DNA from: an uncultured Poribacteria bacterium
GTDB taxonomy: Bacteria > Poribacteria > WGA-4E > WGA-3G
Reading direction: 5' to 3'
DNA: 64,000 bases
NCBI GenBank assembly: GCA_951812525.1
Contig: OX638316.1
Coordinates: forward strand, 2,472,506-2,536,505
A program made the translations under genes and the position numbers. How positions within the stretch are numbered: the first letter of the stretch is position 1; every line of letters begins with the position of its first letter. The notes beneath the pieces were generated by a model that was given only the letters and a program-made list of their open reading frames with translations, was not told where the DNA came from and did no database searches. This document shows, piece after piece, positions 9,180 to 18,818 of this stretch.

Positions 9180-10337
9180 ATGGAAATTAAAAGATTATCT
9201 ACTGGCCCAAGTCATCACTTCTTCGGTTACTACGGTATCAATCCATGGGATCGGAGCGCAAAACATCATCTTGCGCTGGAAACAGATTTTCATACCCATC
9301 GACCTATACCCGAAGATGTCGCTACAGTTGGATTGATTCAGCGTGATACACATGAATTCATCACACTCGCGAAAACATCCGCTTTTAACCTCCAACAGGG
9401 GAGTATGATGCATTGGATAAATGTCAATGAGACAGTTGACGCCGATGCATCTACTGCGGAATTTACCTTTAACGATTGGGAAGATGACAGACTCGTATCA
9501 CGTGCTTTGAATCCAGTTACAGGTGCTGTCCGTACAATTCATGGGGCTATTGCTGCTGTGTCACCGACTGCTCCGGTTGCTATTGGGCTTAACTATGGAC
9601 GAATGGCGCACTGTCGTGCTGTCGTCGGTTATGCGACCCACACCGAATCTGACGACGTTGAGGCACAGCCGGAGAATGATGGTTTATATCAACTTAACCT
9701 ACAAGATGGTAGCTCAAGGCTTGTACTTTCTATTGCCGATGTCATCCGGGCAAGTAAGGACAAACGTTTAGTCGAAAAACGGACATGGTTCAATCACGTG
9801 CTATTTAATACAGATGGCACCCGTCTCCTGTTTTTCTGCCGGGTCCGTCAGGAAACAGGATTTTACTCTTCGCTCTGGACGGTAAATCCCGATGGATCTG
9901 ATTTGGAAATGCAAATCCCCTTCGGCTATAAGATTTCGCACTTCGATTGGCGAAACGCCACGCGGATTCTTGTCTCTACAGATGTATCTGGTGAGATGGG
10001 ATTCGTCGAATTTACAGACGGTGTGCGCGATTTCACACCGCTTGGGCGTGGGGTTCTGCCGCGCGACGGGCATGCTTCATTTTCACCTGACCGGCAGTGG
10101 TTGCTTTGTGATAGTTATCCGGGTGGTCCCCAGCGTTTGGCACAACTAATGGTTTACAATATTGCCGAAAATCGGAAGGTTGTTTTAGGCGAATTCCATC
10201 ATGAGGAACAGTTCGCTGGGGATATCCGATGTGATCTTCATCCCCGTTGGGCACCTGATGGGATGACTGTTACCTTTGATTCAGTTCACGAAGACTCCCG
10301 ACAGATATATCTGGTAGATCTGTCGGCACTGACCTAA
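9180..10337 (+). CDS. Beta-propeller protein (TolB-like / oligogalacturonate-lyase-like)
   Basis: HHFFGYY..PW, QQGSM, WFNH, ISHFDW, DGHASFSPD, RCDLHPRW motifs; function uncertain. Confidence 0.6.
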   Translation: MEIKRLSTGPSHHFFGYYGINPWDRSAKHHLALETDFHTHRPIPEDVATVGLIQRDTHEFITLAKTSAFNLQQGSMMHWINVNETVDADASTAEFTFNDWEDDRLVSRALNPVTGAVRTIHGAIAAVSPTAPVAIGLNYGRMAHCRAVVGYATHTESDDVEAQPENDGLYQLNLQDGSSRLVLSIADVIRASKDKRLVEKRTWFNHVLFNTDGTRLLFFCRVRQETGFYSSLWTVNPDGSDLEMQIPFGYKISHFDWRNATRILVSTDVSGEMGFVEFTDGVRDFTPLGRGVLPRDGHASFSPDRQWLLCDSYPGGPQRLAQLMVYNIAENRKVVLGEFHHEEQFAGDIRCDLHPRWAPDGMTVTFDSVHEDSRQIYLVDLSALT

Positions 10338-10364
10338 GTCTCTTAATCGCATAAGAGGATTCTG

Positions 10365-11426
10365 ATGTTGCGAGATGATTGTTCTTATGACCAAATCGGA
10401 CGGCTCCCGAGCATCGTCAGGTGCCCGTTTGCTGATATTAGCGAAAGTCGCGACGCTATCATTTTGACAACGAAACCAGCGTGGGCAGTCGTCGGTGGAA
10501 TAGCCATAAACCCGAAACAACTTATCTATGTTGAAGGCAATACAAAGGCATACATGGCCGCACTCGCCGAAGTGTGCGAAGGCGAAGTGGTGTACGGAAT
10601 CGGCGGAGGCTTGGCAATTGACACTGCTAAGTACGTCGCAGCAACAAATGCACTCCCTTTAGTTGCTCTCCCCACTATTTTATCAACGGATGCTTTCCTT
10701 ACTGATGCAACAGGCGTTAGAGAAAATGGGTGTGTCCGTTATCTCTCTTCAAAAGCACCAGACACCGTTATTGTAGACATGGATATCCTGTGCAATGCAC
10801 CCGCCGCGATGCGAGCGAGTGGTGCTGCAGATGTCCTCTCAATCGCAACAGCAATGTGGGATTGGCAGGAAGCCGAGAAAATGGGCGAAAACCCGCCCGA
10901 GCAGCAGATTACACCACAAATAATTGATATGGGTTCTACACTTCTTCAAACGCTCCTTGATAACGCTCGGGAAATCGGACGGGGGACACCTACAGGACTG
11001 AAACTTCTACTCGACCTACTCTGTATGGAGGTGCAACTCTGCCATCTGTGTGGACATAGCCGCGTCGAAGAGGGAAGCGAACACTACTTTGTCTATGCCA
11101 TTGAAAACCATCTAACTTCTGCTGAAGAAACAAACAGGGGAAATACGCATGAAAATGGAAGTGCTGTTTTACACGGTGAGTTGGTAGGACTCGGCATCTT
11201 GCTGATGGCTGCGTTGCAGTCCCAACCGTGGACGCAATACCGGCACGCCTTGGAGTGCCTGCAGATTAACTACCGACCATCTGTCATCTCTACCAAGGCA
11301 ATGGCTGAGACACTCATCAATCTATCCGACTATGTTGCGCATCATCAACTACCGTTCACTATTGCGACAACATTGCGAATTACCCCTGATATCGCCGAAC
11401 GAACCATACAAACAATATTGGATTAA
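10365..11426 (+). CDS. sn-glycerol-1-phosphate dehydrogenase-like (EgsA/AraM; iron/zinc alcohol dehydrogenase superfamily)
   Basis: GIGGGLAIDTAKY, PTILSTD, GSEH, HGELVG motifs characteristic of G1PDH. Confidence 0.75.
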   Translation: MLRDDCSYDQIGRLPSIVRCPFADISESRDAIILTTKPAWAVVGGIAINPKQLIYVEGNTKAYMAALAEVCEGEVVYGIGGGLAIDTAKYVAATNALPLVALPTILSTDAFLTDATGVRENGCVRYLSSKAPDTVIVDMDILCNAPAAMRASGAADVLSIATAMWDWQEAEKMGENPPEQQITPQIIDMGSTLLQTLLDNAREIGRGTPTGLKLLLDLLCMEVQLCHLCGHSRVEEGSEHYFVYAIENHLTSAEETNRGNTHENGSAVLHGELVGLGILLMAALQSQPWTQYRHALECLQINYRPSVISTKAMAETLINLSDYVAHHQLPFTIATTLRITPDIAERTIQTILD

Positions 11427-11437
11427 AACGAAGGACT

Positions 11438-12511
11438 ATGGAACAGAGAAACAGTCAGACCCGGTCAGATACCCCAATCTCGGCACTGTACGAGCAATCC
11501 ATCGTAATTGACTCGCACAATGATGCTATCGTAGCCCATATCCGCCGAGGTAATGTCAGTCTTGCTGACGAACATTGCCAAAACTCCACAGATCCAGTCG
11601 GCACCATTGCCTATCTGCGCGGTCCTGTACCACCAGAAGAGGATGCTATCGGCATCCAACTCAACATCCCGAAAATGCGGAAGGGCGGAATTGATGCCGC
11701 CTTCTTCGCTGTTGATGTGACGCGCGCATGGAAAAACCATCTTGCTTACGCTATGGACGCCTTCGGGTGGTTCGATGCAGAGGTAGAAGCCCACGCTTCT
11801 GATATCTGCATCGCACGACAAGCGAAAGATATTCGAGAAGCAAAGGCAGCTGGCAAGCTCGCTGCAGTCCTCGTCATTGAAAACAGCGAGGCTGTGGAAC
11901 GGAGCCTGAATATTCTTCGCTCGTTGTATATGCTTGGTGTCCGCTCAATCGGGTTGACACATAACCCAAATACATGGGCATCGACAGGAAACGATGAGGA
12001 GGACCTTGGTGGGGGCTTGACCCGGTTCGGTATGGAATTAGTCAAAGAGATGAATCGCCTCCGGATGCTTGTGGATGTTTCCCATATCAGTGAGCGCGGC
12101 TTTTGGGATGTCTTGGAAATCTCGGAGCATCCTGTCATCGCTTCTCATAGCAATTGTAAAACTTTGTGCCGCCACCCACGGAACTTGAGTAACGAGCAGT
12201 TGAAAGCCTTAGCGGCGAATGGTGGTGTCGTCGGCATTACCTTTGTCCCTGGATTTATTACCTTAGATGGCTGGACGAAAATGCCACCGTTGGCGCAGCT
12301 TCTTAATCATTTTGCTTACGCAATCGACATCGCCGGTATAGACCATGTGGGGATCGGCTCGGATTTTGATGGTGGTGGAGACTTACTCAAGGATGCAGGT
12401 GAGTTTATCAAAATTGCGGAAGGTCTGAGTGAACGTGGCTATTCCGATGCGGATATCCGAAAAGTGCTTGGCGAAAATCATCTACGCGTTTTTGAGGCGG
12501 CATGCGGATAA
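11438..12511 (+). CDS. Membrane dipeptidase (peptidase M19)
   Basis: DSHND, LTHN, GLTRFG..LVKEMN, DVSH, SHSN, RNLS, GIGSDFDG. Confidence 0.92.
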   Translation: MEQRNSQTRSDTPISALYEQSIVIDSHNDAIVAHIRRGNVSLADEHCQNSTDPVGTIAYLRGPVPPEEDAIGIQLNIPKMRKGGIDAAFFAVDVTRAWKNHLAYAMDAFGWFDAEVEAHASDICIARQAKDIREAKAAGKLAAVLVIENSEAVERSLNILRSLYMLGVRSIGLTHNPNTWASTGNDEEDLGGGLTRFGMELVKEMNRLRMLVDVSHISERGFWDVLEISEHPVIASHSNCKTLCRHPRNLSNEQLKALAANGGVVGITFVPGFITLDGWTKMPPLAQLLNHFAYAIDIAGIDHVGIGSDFDGGGDLLKDAGEFIKIAEGLSERGYSDADIRKVLGENHLRVFEAACG

Positions 12512-12537
12512 AGCACACAATCAGTTTTAGCCCACTC

Positions 12538-12597
12538 GGTAGGCGAGGTTGTGACATAGCCGGTCTATAATATCAAGGTAGTTCTAAAACCTACTAT
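12538..12597 (+). repeat. Degenerate partial copy of the 4918-5020 element
   Basis: GGTAGGCGAGGTT...GCCGGT...TAGTTCTAAAACCTACTAT aligns with GGTAGGCGAAGTT...GCCGGT...TAATTCTAAAATTTACCAT. Confidence 0.55.
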
Positions 12598-12605
12598 GGT
12601 TGCTG

Positions 12606-13613
12606 TTAGGCAGTTTTCTCAAGAACACTGGAAATGGAGTTCCAGACTTCATCTACACCGATGCCTTTCATGCATATATTATCTTTGCACTTATCTGTGA
12701 ACTGCTTACAGGGGCTACACGGCACGGCGTGCCGGATGGTTTCGTGTAACGCCCCAAGCGGTTGAAACCGGATGTGATTACCGGGACCGAACAGCGATAT
12801 GGTTGGTGTTCCTACCGCCGCAGCAATATGCATCGGACCCGTGTCGTTGGTAACAAACAGATCGCACTGTTCAATACAGGCGGCTAACTGTCTAATCTGA
12901 AGATTACCCGCGAACGGAATGGCGTGCTTATGCATCAGGTTCACGACGGTGTGCACAAGTTCAGATTCCTTCTGCCCACCAAAAATCAAAACATTGGCAT
13001 CGAAATGTTGTACCAATCTATCCCCGATGGCAGCGAAACGTTCTGGCATCCATTCTCGCAACTTCCATCCAGCACCTGGAAATAGACCTACTTTTAATCT
13101 TGCATCGACAACCCCTGCAGTTTTAAGCCGCTGTACAGCATCTCTCCGTTCGGATTCAGCGAGAAATAGTTCCAACTTCTGATCTTCTGCCGGAATATCT
13201 ACCGCGTGCAATAGGTCGAAATAGTGTGATGTGGCGTGTTTGTTACCTTGTTCAAGGACACGTATCGTACAAAGCCAGCCTTTCCCAACCCGTTCAGTAG
13301 CACCGCTGAGATACATTAGCATTTCAGTGCGAAACTTCCGCTGGAGATCAATAGCCAGTGTGAATTTACGTTCGCGTAGAAGACGAACAATCCGCCACAT
13401 TTCACCCGTATCTTTGTCTTTAGCAAGCCTGTCAAAGGTGATTATTTCGTCGAGATTTGGGTTTTCGCGGAGGACATCGGCGGACTGTTTCGCCACGAGC
13501 ATAGCGATGTGCGCATTCGGGAAATTTGCACGTACAGCCCGGATAGCCGGTGTTGTAAGCACAACGTCGCCAAGAGAACTGAGCCGAATGAGCAATATCT
13601 TTGGAAAAGCCAT
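12606..13613 (-). CDS. LPS heptosyltransferase (GT9, WaaF/WaaC-like)
   Basis: KILLIRLSSLGDVVLTTP, PGA....WMPERF, NDTGPMHIAAA. Confidence 0.9.
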   Translation of the reverse strand: MAFPKILLIRLSSLGDVVLTTPAIRAVRANFPNAHIAMLVAKQSADVLRENPNLDEIITFDRLAKDKDTGEMWRIVRLLRERKFTLAIDLQRKFRTEMLMYLSGATERVGKGWLCTIRVLEQGNKHATSHYFDLLHAVDIPAEDQKLELFLAESERRDAVQRLKTAGVVDARLKVGLFPGAGWKLREWMPERFAAIGDRLVQHFDANVLIFGGQKESELVHTVVNLMHKHAIPFAGNLQIRQLAACIEQCDLFVTNDTGPMHIAAAVGTPTISLFGPGNHIRFQPLGALHETIRHAVPCSPCKQFTDKCKDNICMKGIGVDEVWNSISSVLEKTA

Positions 13614-13698
13614 CTGTTTAAGTCCGTGCTATCGTGTGTTACCTATCAGTTTCCGATAGGTAGCAGATGCACATCTACGATTTTTCTGCAAAACCGAT

Positions 13699-14856
13699 TT
13701 AACCGACGACCTGTTTTTCAAGATTATTCAATGCCTCTTCAACCAATGCCTCTATATCCAAGTCCGATTCTGCCTCGTCCAACTCGGCAAGCGAGGCACG
13801 AGTGGCAGGATGCTTCGGCACGAAGAGGGAACAACAATCTTGGTGGGGTCGCGTGGACACGTCAAACGTGCCAATCCGTTGTGCCTTTTCGATAATTTCA
13901 GCCTTATCCTCACCAATAAGCGGACGTAGAATTGGAATATCCGCAATCGCTTCGATAGTTCGGAGGTTCGTTAGCGTCTGCGAAGCGACCTGTGCGAGGC
14001 TTTCACCTGTGACAAGTGCCTCCGCGTTTGCCATAGTCGCAACGCGTTGTGCGATGCGTGTCATCATCCGTCGGTACAATAGAACGCGAAACGGTGCAGG
14101 TGTCCCTGTGACGATAACCTGCTGGAGTTCAGCGAATGGGACGAGATAAACCACGCTCCGATAATTTGAAACCGCTAAAATTTGGGCAAGTTCAATCACC
14201 TTCTCCAATGAAGCTTTATCCGTGTAGGGATAGCTGTAGAAGTGAATAAAGACGGCTTTCGCACCGCGCTTTATCATTTGCCATGCAGCAACAGGAGAGT
14301 CAATTCCGCCAGACAGCATCACGAGCACCTTACCGCTCACACCGACAGGTAATCCACCGAGCCCACGGATCTTTTCTGTAGAAATATAAGCGTTTTTCTG
14401 TGTTATTTTAATCCAACAGACTACATCGGGATTGTGCATATCCGCTCGTGCCCCGGTTTTTTCAATGAGATACCCACCGACCTCGGCACTAATTTGTGGC
14501 GACGTTAAAGGGAAGGTTTTATCTGTTCGTCTTGTTTCAACCTTAAGAGACCCGTAAGTCAACCCTTGAATTTGCTGTAGAGCCGTCTCTTTGATGGCAG
14601 TAATGTCTGTCTCCGTGGAACAGGCAAGTTCAAAATAAGCGATCCCCATGACCTGTTGTAGACGTTTCTTGATTTCAGAAACATCGGCATCTTTTCCGAT
14701 CAGTACAAGGATTCGGTCATGCAGCCGCTTTACTTCTGTATAGCCAGTACCGCTTAGAGCAATCTTGATGTTGCTTGTGAGCCGTTTCTCGAAAAATATC
14801 CTATTCTTTCCCTTGAGGCCAACTTCGGCGTAATGAACACTAAACAATTCTTCCAT
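13699..14856 (-). CDS. thiI: tRNA 4-thiouridine synthase (short form, no rhodanese domain)
   Basis: EVGLKGKNR, THUMP domain, LSGGIDSPVA PP-loop, GESLAQVASQT, DCC. Confidence 0.95.
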   Translation of the reverse strand: MEELFSVHYAEVGLKGKNRIFFEKRLTSNIKIALSGTGYTEVKRLHDRILVLIGKDADVSEIKKRLQQVMGIAYFELACSTETDITAIKETALQQIQGLTYGSLKVETRRTDKTFPLTSPQISAEVGGYLIEKTGARADMHNPDVVCWIKITQKNAYISTEKIRGLGGLPVGVSGKVLVMLSGGIDSPVAAWQMIKRGAKAVFIHFYSYPYTDKASLEKVIELAQILAVSNYRSVVYLVPFAELQQVIVTGTPAPFRVLLYRRMMTRIAQRVATMANAEALVTGESLAQVASQTLTNLRTIEAIADIPILRPLIGEDKAEIIEKAQRIGTFDVSTRPHQDCCSLFVPKHPATRASLAELDEAESDLDIEALVEEALNNLEKQVVG

Positions 14857-14901
14857 AATTCGTCTCGCGCTAAAGAAGTTTAAAATTACATACCTGTTTG
14901 C

Positions 14902-15633
14902 TTAGGCACGGACAGCGTCTGTCAAACTAAAATGGAGTTTGGCAACATCACCCAACGCGTGACTCCCGTGCAATCTAATAAATTCTCTGCCAGCGTCAAT
15001 AACCTGATAAGAACCCCTCGGTAAGCACATCTCATACTTTTTAGACAGCACTTTCATCCCATTCAGAAAAGCGTCACGAGCAATAATAGATGCCGCGGCA
15101 ACGGCGATGTCCCGTTCTGCTTTTGGCACCTGTATTATTTCCATCTCCAGAGCGGTATGTTTGAAAATTCCACCTGAAGGTGGAGTGGGAGTTGCATGCT
15201 GTAAGTGTGGTGTTTCCTTTGTGCATCGGATTAGTTCCTGCGTGATAAGGTCGTTTTTGGAGAATCTGTCGACGAGGACGTGTTTCACTCCTACCCGAAC
15301 TGCCAGTGTGTGAATCGCTTCTGCATGGAGTGATGCGAGCAGATGATTTAGGTTCTGTCCACGTCTCTGAAGATCGTCGTAGAGAGAATTGTAGGCAGCG
15401 GGCATCTTCTCCACAACAACGATATGCTCCTCATAACGACTGCGCATCACTTCGGCGAGGTGTCGGACACGACGATTCGATAGTTTTTTTCCATCAACAA
15501 TACCGAACTCTGAAAGGGTTTCACAGCATTCTGCGTCTACATAAACGCCTGCTGCAACGAGCGGACCGAAATAGTCGCCTTTCCCTGCTTCATCTGTGCC
15601 AATCCAGGTATCCCAGTTGTGTATAGTATCCAT
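14902..15633 (-). CDS. rnhC: Ribonuclease HIII (catalytic domain only)
   Basis: IGTDEAGKGDYFGPL, D.KKL, YN, N.N..LA..H, VAAASIIAR, AKLHF are HIII-type signatures. Confidence 0.85.
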   Translation of the reverse strand: MDTIHNWDTWIGTDEAGKGDYFGPLVAAGVYVDAECCETLSEFGIVDGKKLSNRRVRHLAEVMRSRYEEHIVVVEKMPAAYNSLYDDLQRRGQNLNHLLASLHAEAIHTLAVRVGVKHVLVDRFSKNDLITQELIRCTKETPHLQHATPTPPSGGIFKHTALEMEIIQVPKAERDIAVAAASIIARDAFLNGMKVLSKKYEMCLPRGSYQVIDAGREFIRLHGSHALGDVAKLHFSLTDAVRA

Positions 15634-15679
15634 CAGATCTGTTAGATTCTATTCGTCCTGTTCCCTTCGGTTTTTGTGC

Positions 15680-16249
15680 TCATGCTGAATTCCGAAGCGC
15701 AGCGAATTCAGTAACCTGCTTACCTACGGCTTTGACGCGGGCAGTTAGTTCGGGGTCGCGTAAGTTCCCGTCCGCATCAAACGCCTCGGACGAGTTCGGA
15801 ATTGATACGTCATTCGGGACAACCCAAGCATGGAGCGCGGTGCCTACTGTTCGTAACATAGAAATAGCATTGACTGCTCCCATCCGTCCACCAGACACAC
15901 CGAGAAGTCCGATAACTTTGTTCTCAAATTCATCAAACCCCATCAGATCGAGAGCGCTTTTCAGGACACCACTGAAGCTGCCATGGTATTCGGGCGAACC
16001 GAGAAGTATACCGTCTGCGCGTTGGACCTTTTCACGCAGTTTGAATATTCCGGGTGGGTAGTCACTCTCGCTCGCAACGGAACCTTGAAAAACAAGTTGG
16101 TATTCGCTAAGATCAAGCAGTTCAACATCTGCACCTGCTGCTTCTGCAGCCGAGAGTGCAATTTGAAGTGCAGCATGGGTCGTGCTGCCTTGCCGTAGAC
16201 TTCCACAGATGGCAACAACGTAGATAGACTGGTTGTCGGTACGCTTCAT
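15680..16249 (-). CDS. NADPH-dependent FMN reductase
   Basis: GSLRQGS, SPEYHGSFSGVLKSALD, SGG..G. Confidence 0.92.
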   Translation of the reverse strand: MKRTDNQSIYVVAICGSLRQGSTTHAALQIALSAAEAAGADVELLDLSEYQLVFQGSVASESDYPPGIFKLREKVQRADGILLGSPEYHGSFSGVLKSALDLMGFDEFENKVIGLLGVSGGRMGAVNAISMLRTVGTALHAWVVPNDVSIPNSSEAFDADGNLRDPELTARVKAVGKQVTEFAALRNSA

Positions 16250-16281
16250 TTTTGATATCCTTTTCTGTTGTATTGTATCTT

Positions 16282-16310
16282 AGCATATCACACGGATAAA
16301 GGGATGTCAA
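16282..16310 (-). promoter_or_regulatory. sigma70 promoter for the FMN reductase gene
   Basis: Minus strand TTGACA-17 nt-TATGCT with extended TG. Confidence 0.6.
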
Positions 16311-16432
16311 AAGATTTTTATCCACTCGGAACATTGACGATAGTTATGTGGATATTTTAATTATATCACGCCTGAAAGTCAGGTATCATCTATTTCTATA
16401 GGTAACCAAAGGATGAAATATGTGGATTTTTC

Positions 16433-16461
16433 TTGACATATTTAAAGGTTTCTTTTACAAT
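16433..16461 (+). promoter_or_regulatory. sigma70 promoter for the LamG gene
   Basis: TTGACA-17 nt-TACAAT; the ORF-track TTG start at 16433 is this -35 box. Confidence 0.7.
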
Positions 16462-16564
16462 GCTGCTATGGATTAAACACGAGCCTTATGGGTATCAAAC
16501 AACTCCCTATAAGCGACTTGCACGGTACCTTAACAACCTTGTTTCAGACATGCGGAGGTTTCTC

Positions 16565-17353
16565 ATGCGTTCAATGATATATCTATTCGTTGTTGTGCTA
16601 CTAATGGTAGGCAGCACCGTTTACACACACGCCGAAGTTCAAGACGACGGCTTAATCCTCTACTTCAGTTTTGATAAAGAAAAAGGTGGAAAGATTGTAG
16701 ATGAGTCCGGTGGTGGACATGACGGAGATATGAAAGATGTAGAGATTATTACTAAGGATGTCGTCCACGGTACAGGCGCATTAGCGTGCGAAGAAGGGTC
16801 TTCTAGTGTGACAGTTGACTCCTTCAAAGAATTAGAAGACTATACCGATAATTCCTATCTCTTTTGGCTCCAGTTTACCGTAAAGAATTCCGGTGGTTGG
16901 GACCAGATTATCGCGAAAAAGGCTCCGGGTTCCGATCGCTCCCCAGGGATATGGACCTGTAACCGGGTTAGCCTGCACATTCATTACCGCTTCAATCCAG
17001 GAAACGCCGGGAGTCATTGCGTTGGTCCGGATGGCGAGGGTGATGAATTTGAAACCGGTGAATGGCATCACATTGCTGGGATCAAAGAAGATGCCGAATT
17101 GAAATTCTACATTGATGGCGAAGTGGTTGACGAAAAGGCTGTCCCGAAAGATCACGCTCAAGGGGCAGAGAAACTCTATATCGGTCAAACCGGTTATCAA
17201 TCAGCGAAGTTCTATATCGACGATCTCTATGTTTACGACAGAGCTCTCAGTGAGAAAGAGGTTATAAATGTCATGGAGGGTGGTCTGCTTCCTGTTGAAC
17301 CTCAGGACAAACTTTCCACTACATGGGGTCAACTGAAAAAGAGTCGGGACTAA
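16565..17353 (+). CDS. Secreted LamG/concanavalin-A-like domain protein with C-terminal VEP..KL.TTWG.LK tail
   Basis: GGAGG RBS before ATG 16565; signal peptide; LILYFSFD...WHHIAG...FYIDG...IDDLYVYDRALS LamG pattern. Confidence 0.85.
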   Translation: MRSMIYLFVVVLLMVGSTVYTHAEVQDDGLILYFSFDKEKGGKIVDESGGGHDGDMKDVEIITKDVVHGTGALACEEGSSSVTVDSFKELEDYTDNSYLFWLQFTVKNSGGWDQIIAKKAPGSDRSPGIWTCNRVSLHIHYRFNPGNAGSHCVGPDGEGDEFETGEWHHIAGIKEDAELKFYIDGEVVDEKAVPKDHAQGAEKLYIGQTGYQSAKFYIDDLYVYDRALSEKEVINVMEGGLLPVEPQDKLSTTWGQLKKSRD

Positions 17354-17372
17354 CTTCACATCCCAAGATATA

Positions 17373-17393
17373 GGGACGGATCCCCTCCGTCCC
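17373..17393 (+). terminator. Hairpin after the LamG gene (terminator or REP-like)
   Basis: (TA)GGGACGGA-TCCCC-TCCGTCCC, 8-bp stem, T-run shortly downstream. Confidence 0.45.
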
Positions 17394-17415
17394 ACATCCA
17401 TTTTTGCATCCACCC

Positions 17416-18786
17416 ATGTTTACGCATCAATGCCGTCTCTACACCACAGTGAAAAGCCTGTTTCTCTCCTTTATCCTCTCTTTTCTATTTTCACTGATGC
17501 CAGGGTGGTGTGATACGGAAGAGGAGCTCAACAGACGGATTGAACGCGGTGTCCATTACCTTGGCAGGGAACAGTACAATCTGGCACTCGACGAATTTCA
17601 GACCCTCCAAAAAGTATTCGCCACATCTGAGAGTATTCGTAGTCTCGCACAATGCTATATCGGTATCGTCTACCAGGAACTCAATAGCCTGAGTGAGGCG
17701 GTAGTGGCATATCAAGGCGCATTAGCACTTGATGGACAGCCGGAAGTTCATGGAAATGCTCACCTTCATTTAGGTATCGTCTACAAAGCGCAAGGCAAGT
17801 TATCACTGGCTGAAAGCCATCTCACACAAGCCCTTGCACTCCTTGCCGAAACAGCCGAAGTAAACATCCATCTTGGCGATGTCTATGCCCTCCAACGTAG
17901 ATTTGGTGCCGCTGAAAAGGCTTATCATGAGGGAATCCGCTTGAACCGAAGCCATACCGAATCCTATTATGGGCTGGGGAGGGTGGCGGAAATGCAGAAT
18001 CGCCCGAAGCAGGCTATAGAGTATTACGATGCTGCGCTTGAGCGAAACCGGTATCTATCGCAGGTACATTATCGGCGTGCGCTCACGTACCGACGGCTGG
18101 GAGATAGTGAGCAAGCCGAGTCTGCTATGACGCAATTCCGTCGCTTAAAGACTTACGAAAATAGGATGCACCAGTATCGTGAGGCACTCTACACAAATCC
18201 GAATCTGCCTATGCTCTACGTTGAACTGGGTGAACTCCATGAGGCTTATGACAACTTAACAGAGGCATCCGAAATCTACGAAGTTGCTATACAAGTACAT
18301 CCGGCTTACTTACCGGCGTACCTGAACTTGGGTGAAATATTCGTCCAACAGCGCGATCTTGAAAAAGCAACCTATATCTATCAGCAAGCTACAAAAGTTG
18401 CTCCCGATAACCCACAGGTCTGGGTAAAGTTGGGTGTCGTCTATATCAATCAACGCAGGTTTGAACCAGCGATTCTGGCGTTCAAACAGGCGATTGCGGT
18501 AGATGACACAGCGGCAGAAGCATATAACAACTTGGCGCGGCTCTACGCAGGACTTGGTAAGGAGAGGCAACAGGCAATCGACTTGGCCGAACGCGCAGTC
18601 GTTTTAACACCAACAGCGAAACATTACGATACGCTCGCGTATGCCTATTATCGCAACGCGGAATATGATAATGCCTTAGCGGCGATTAATCATGCACTTG
18701 CGTTAGCACCCGATGTAGATGCGTACAACAAACTGCTACTGAAAATTCAGGAAACGCAAGACGCAAATCAACAGAGTGAAAAATGA
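17416..18786 (+). CDS. Exported tetratricopeptide-repeat protein
   Basis: Hydrophobic N-terminus followed by many TPR units (e.g. AYLNLGEIFVQQ, AYNNLARLY, YDTLAYAYY); start uncertain. Confidence 0.85.
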   Translation: MFTHQCRLYTTVKSLFLSFILSFLFSLMPGWCDTEEELNRRIERGVHYLGREQYNLALDEFQTLQKVFATSESIRSLAQCYIGIVYQELNSLSEAVVAYQGALALDGQPEVHGNAHLHLGIVYKAQGKLSLAESHLTQALALLAETAEVNIHLGDVYALQRRFGAAEKAYHEGIRLNRSHTESYYGLGRVAEMQNRPKQAIEYYDAALERNRYLSQVHYRRALTYRRLGDSEQAESAMTQFRRLKTYENRMHQYREALYTNPNLPMLYVELGELHEAYDNLTEASEIYEVAIQVHPAYLPAYLNLGEIFVQQRDLEKATYIYQQATKVAPDNPQVWVKLGVVYINQRRFEPAILAFKQAIAVDDTAAEAYNNLARLYAGLGKERQQAIDLAERAVVLTPTAKHYDTLAYAYYRNAEYDNALAAINHALALAPDVDAYNKLLLKIQETQDANQQSEK

Positions 18787-18818
18787 AGTTTGTCAATAGA
18801 ATAGAAAGGAAAAAATAA

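Noticed and set aside
16433-16564. N-terminal extension of the LamG ORF from TTG 16433
   Set aside because: That TTG is the -35 box of a consensus promoter; ATG 16565 has a GGAGG RBS and gives a clean signal peptide.
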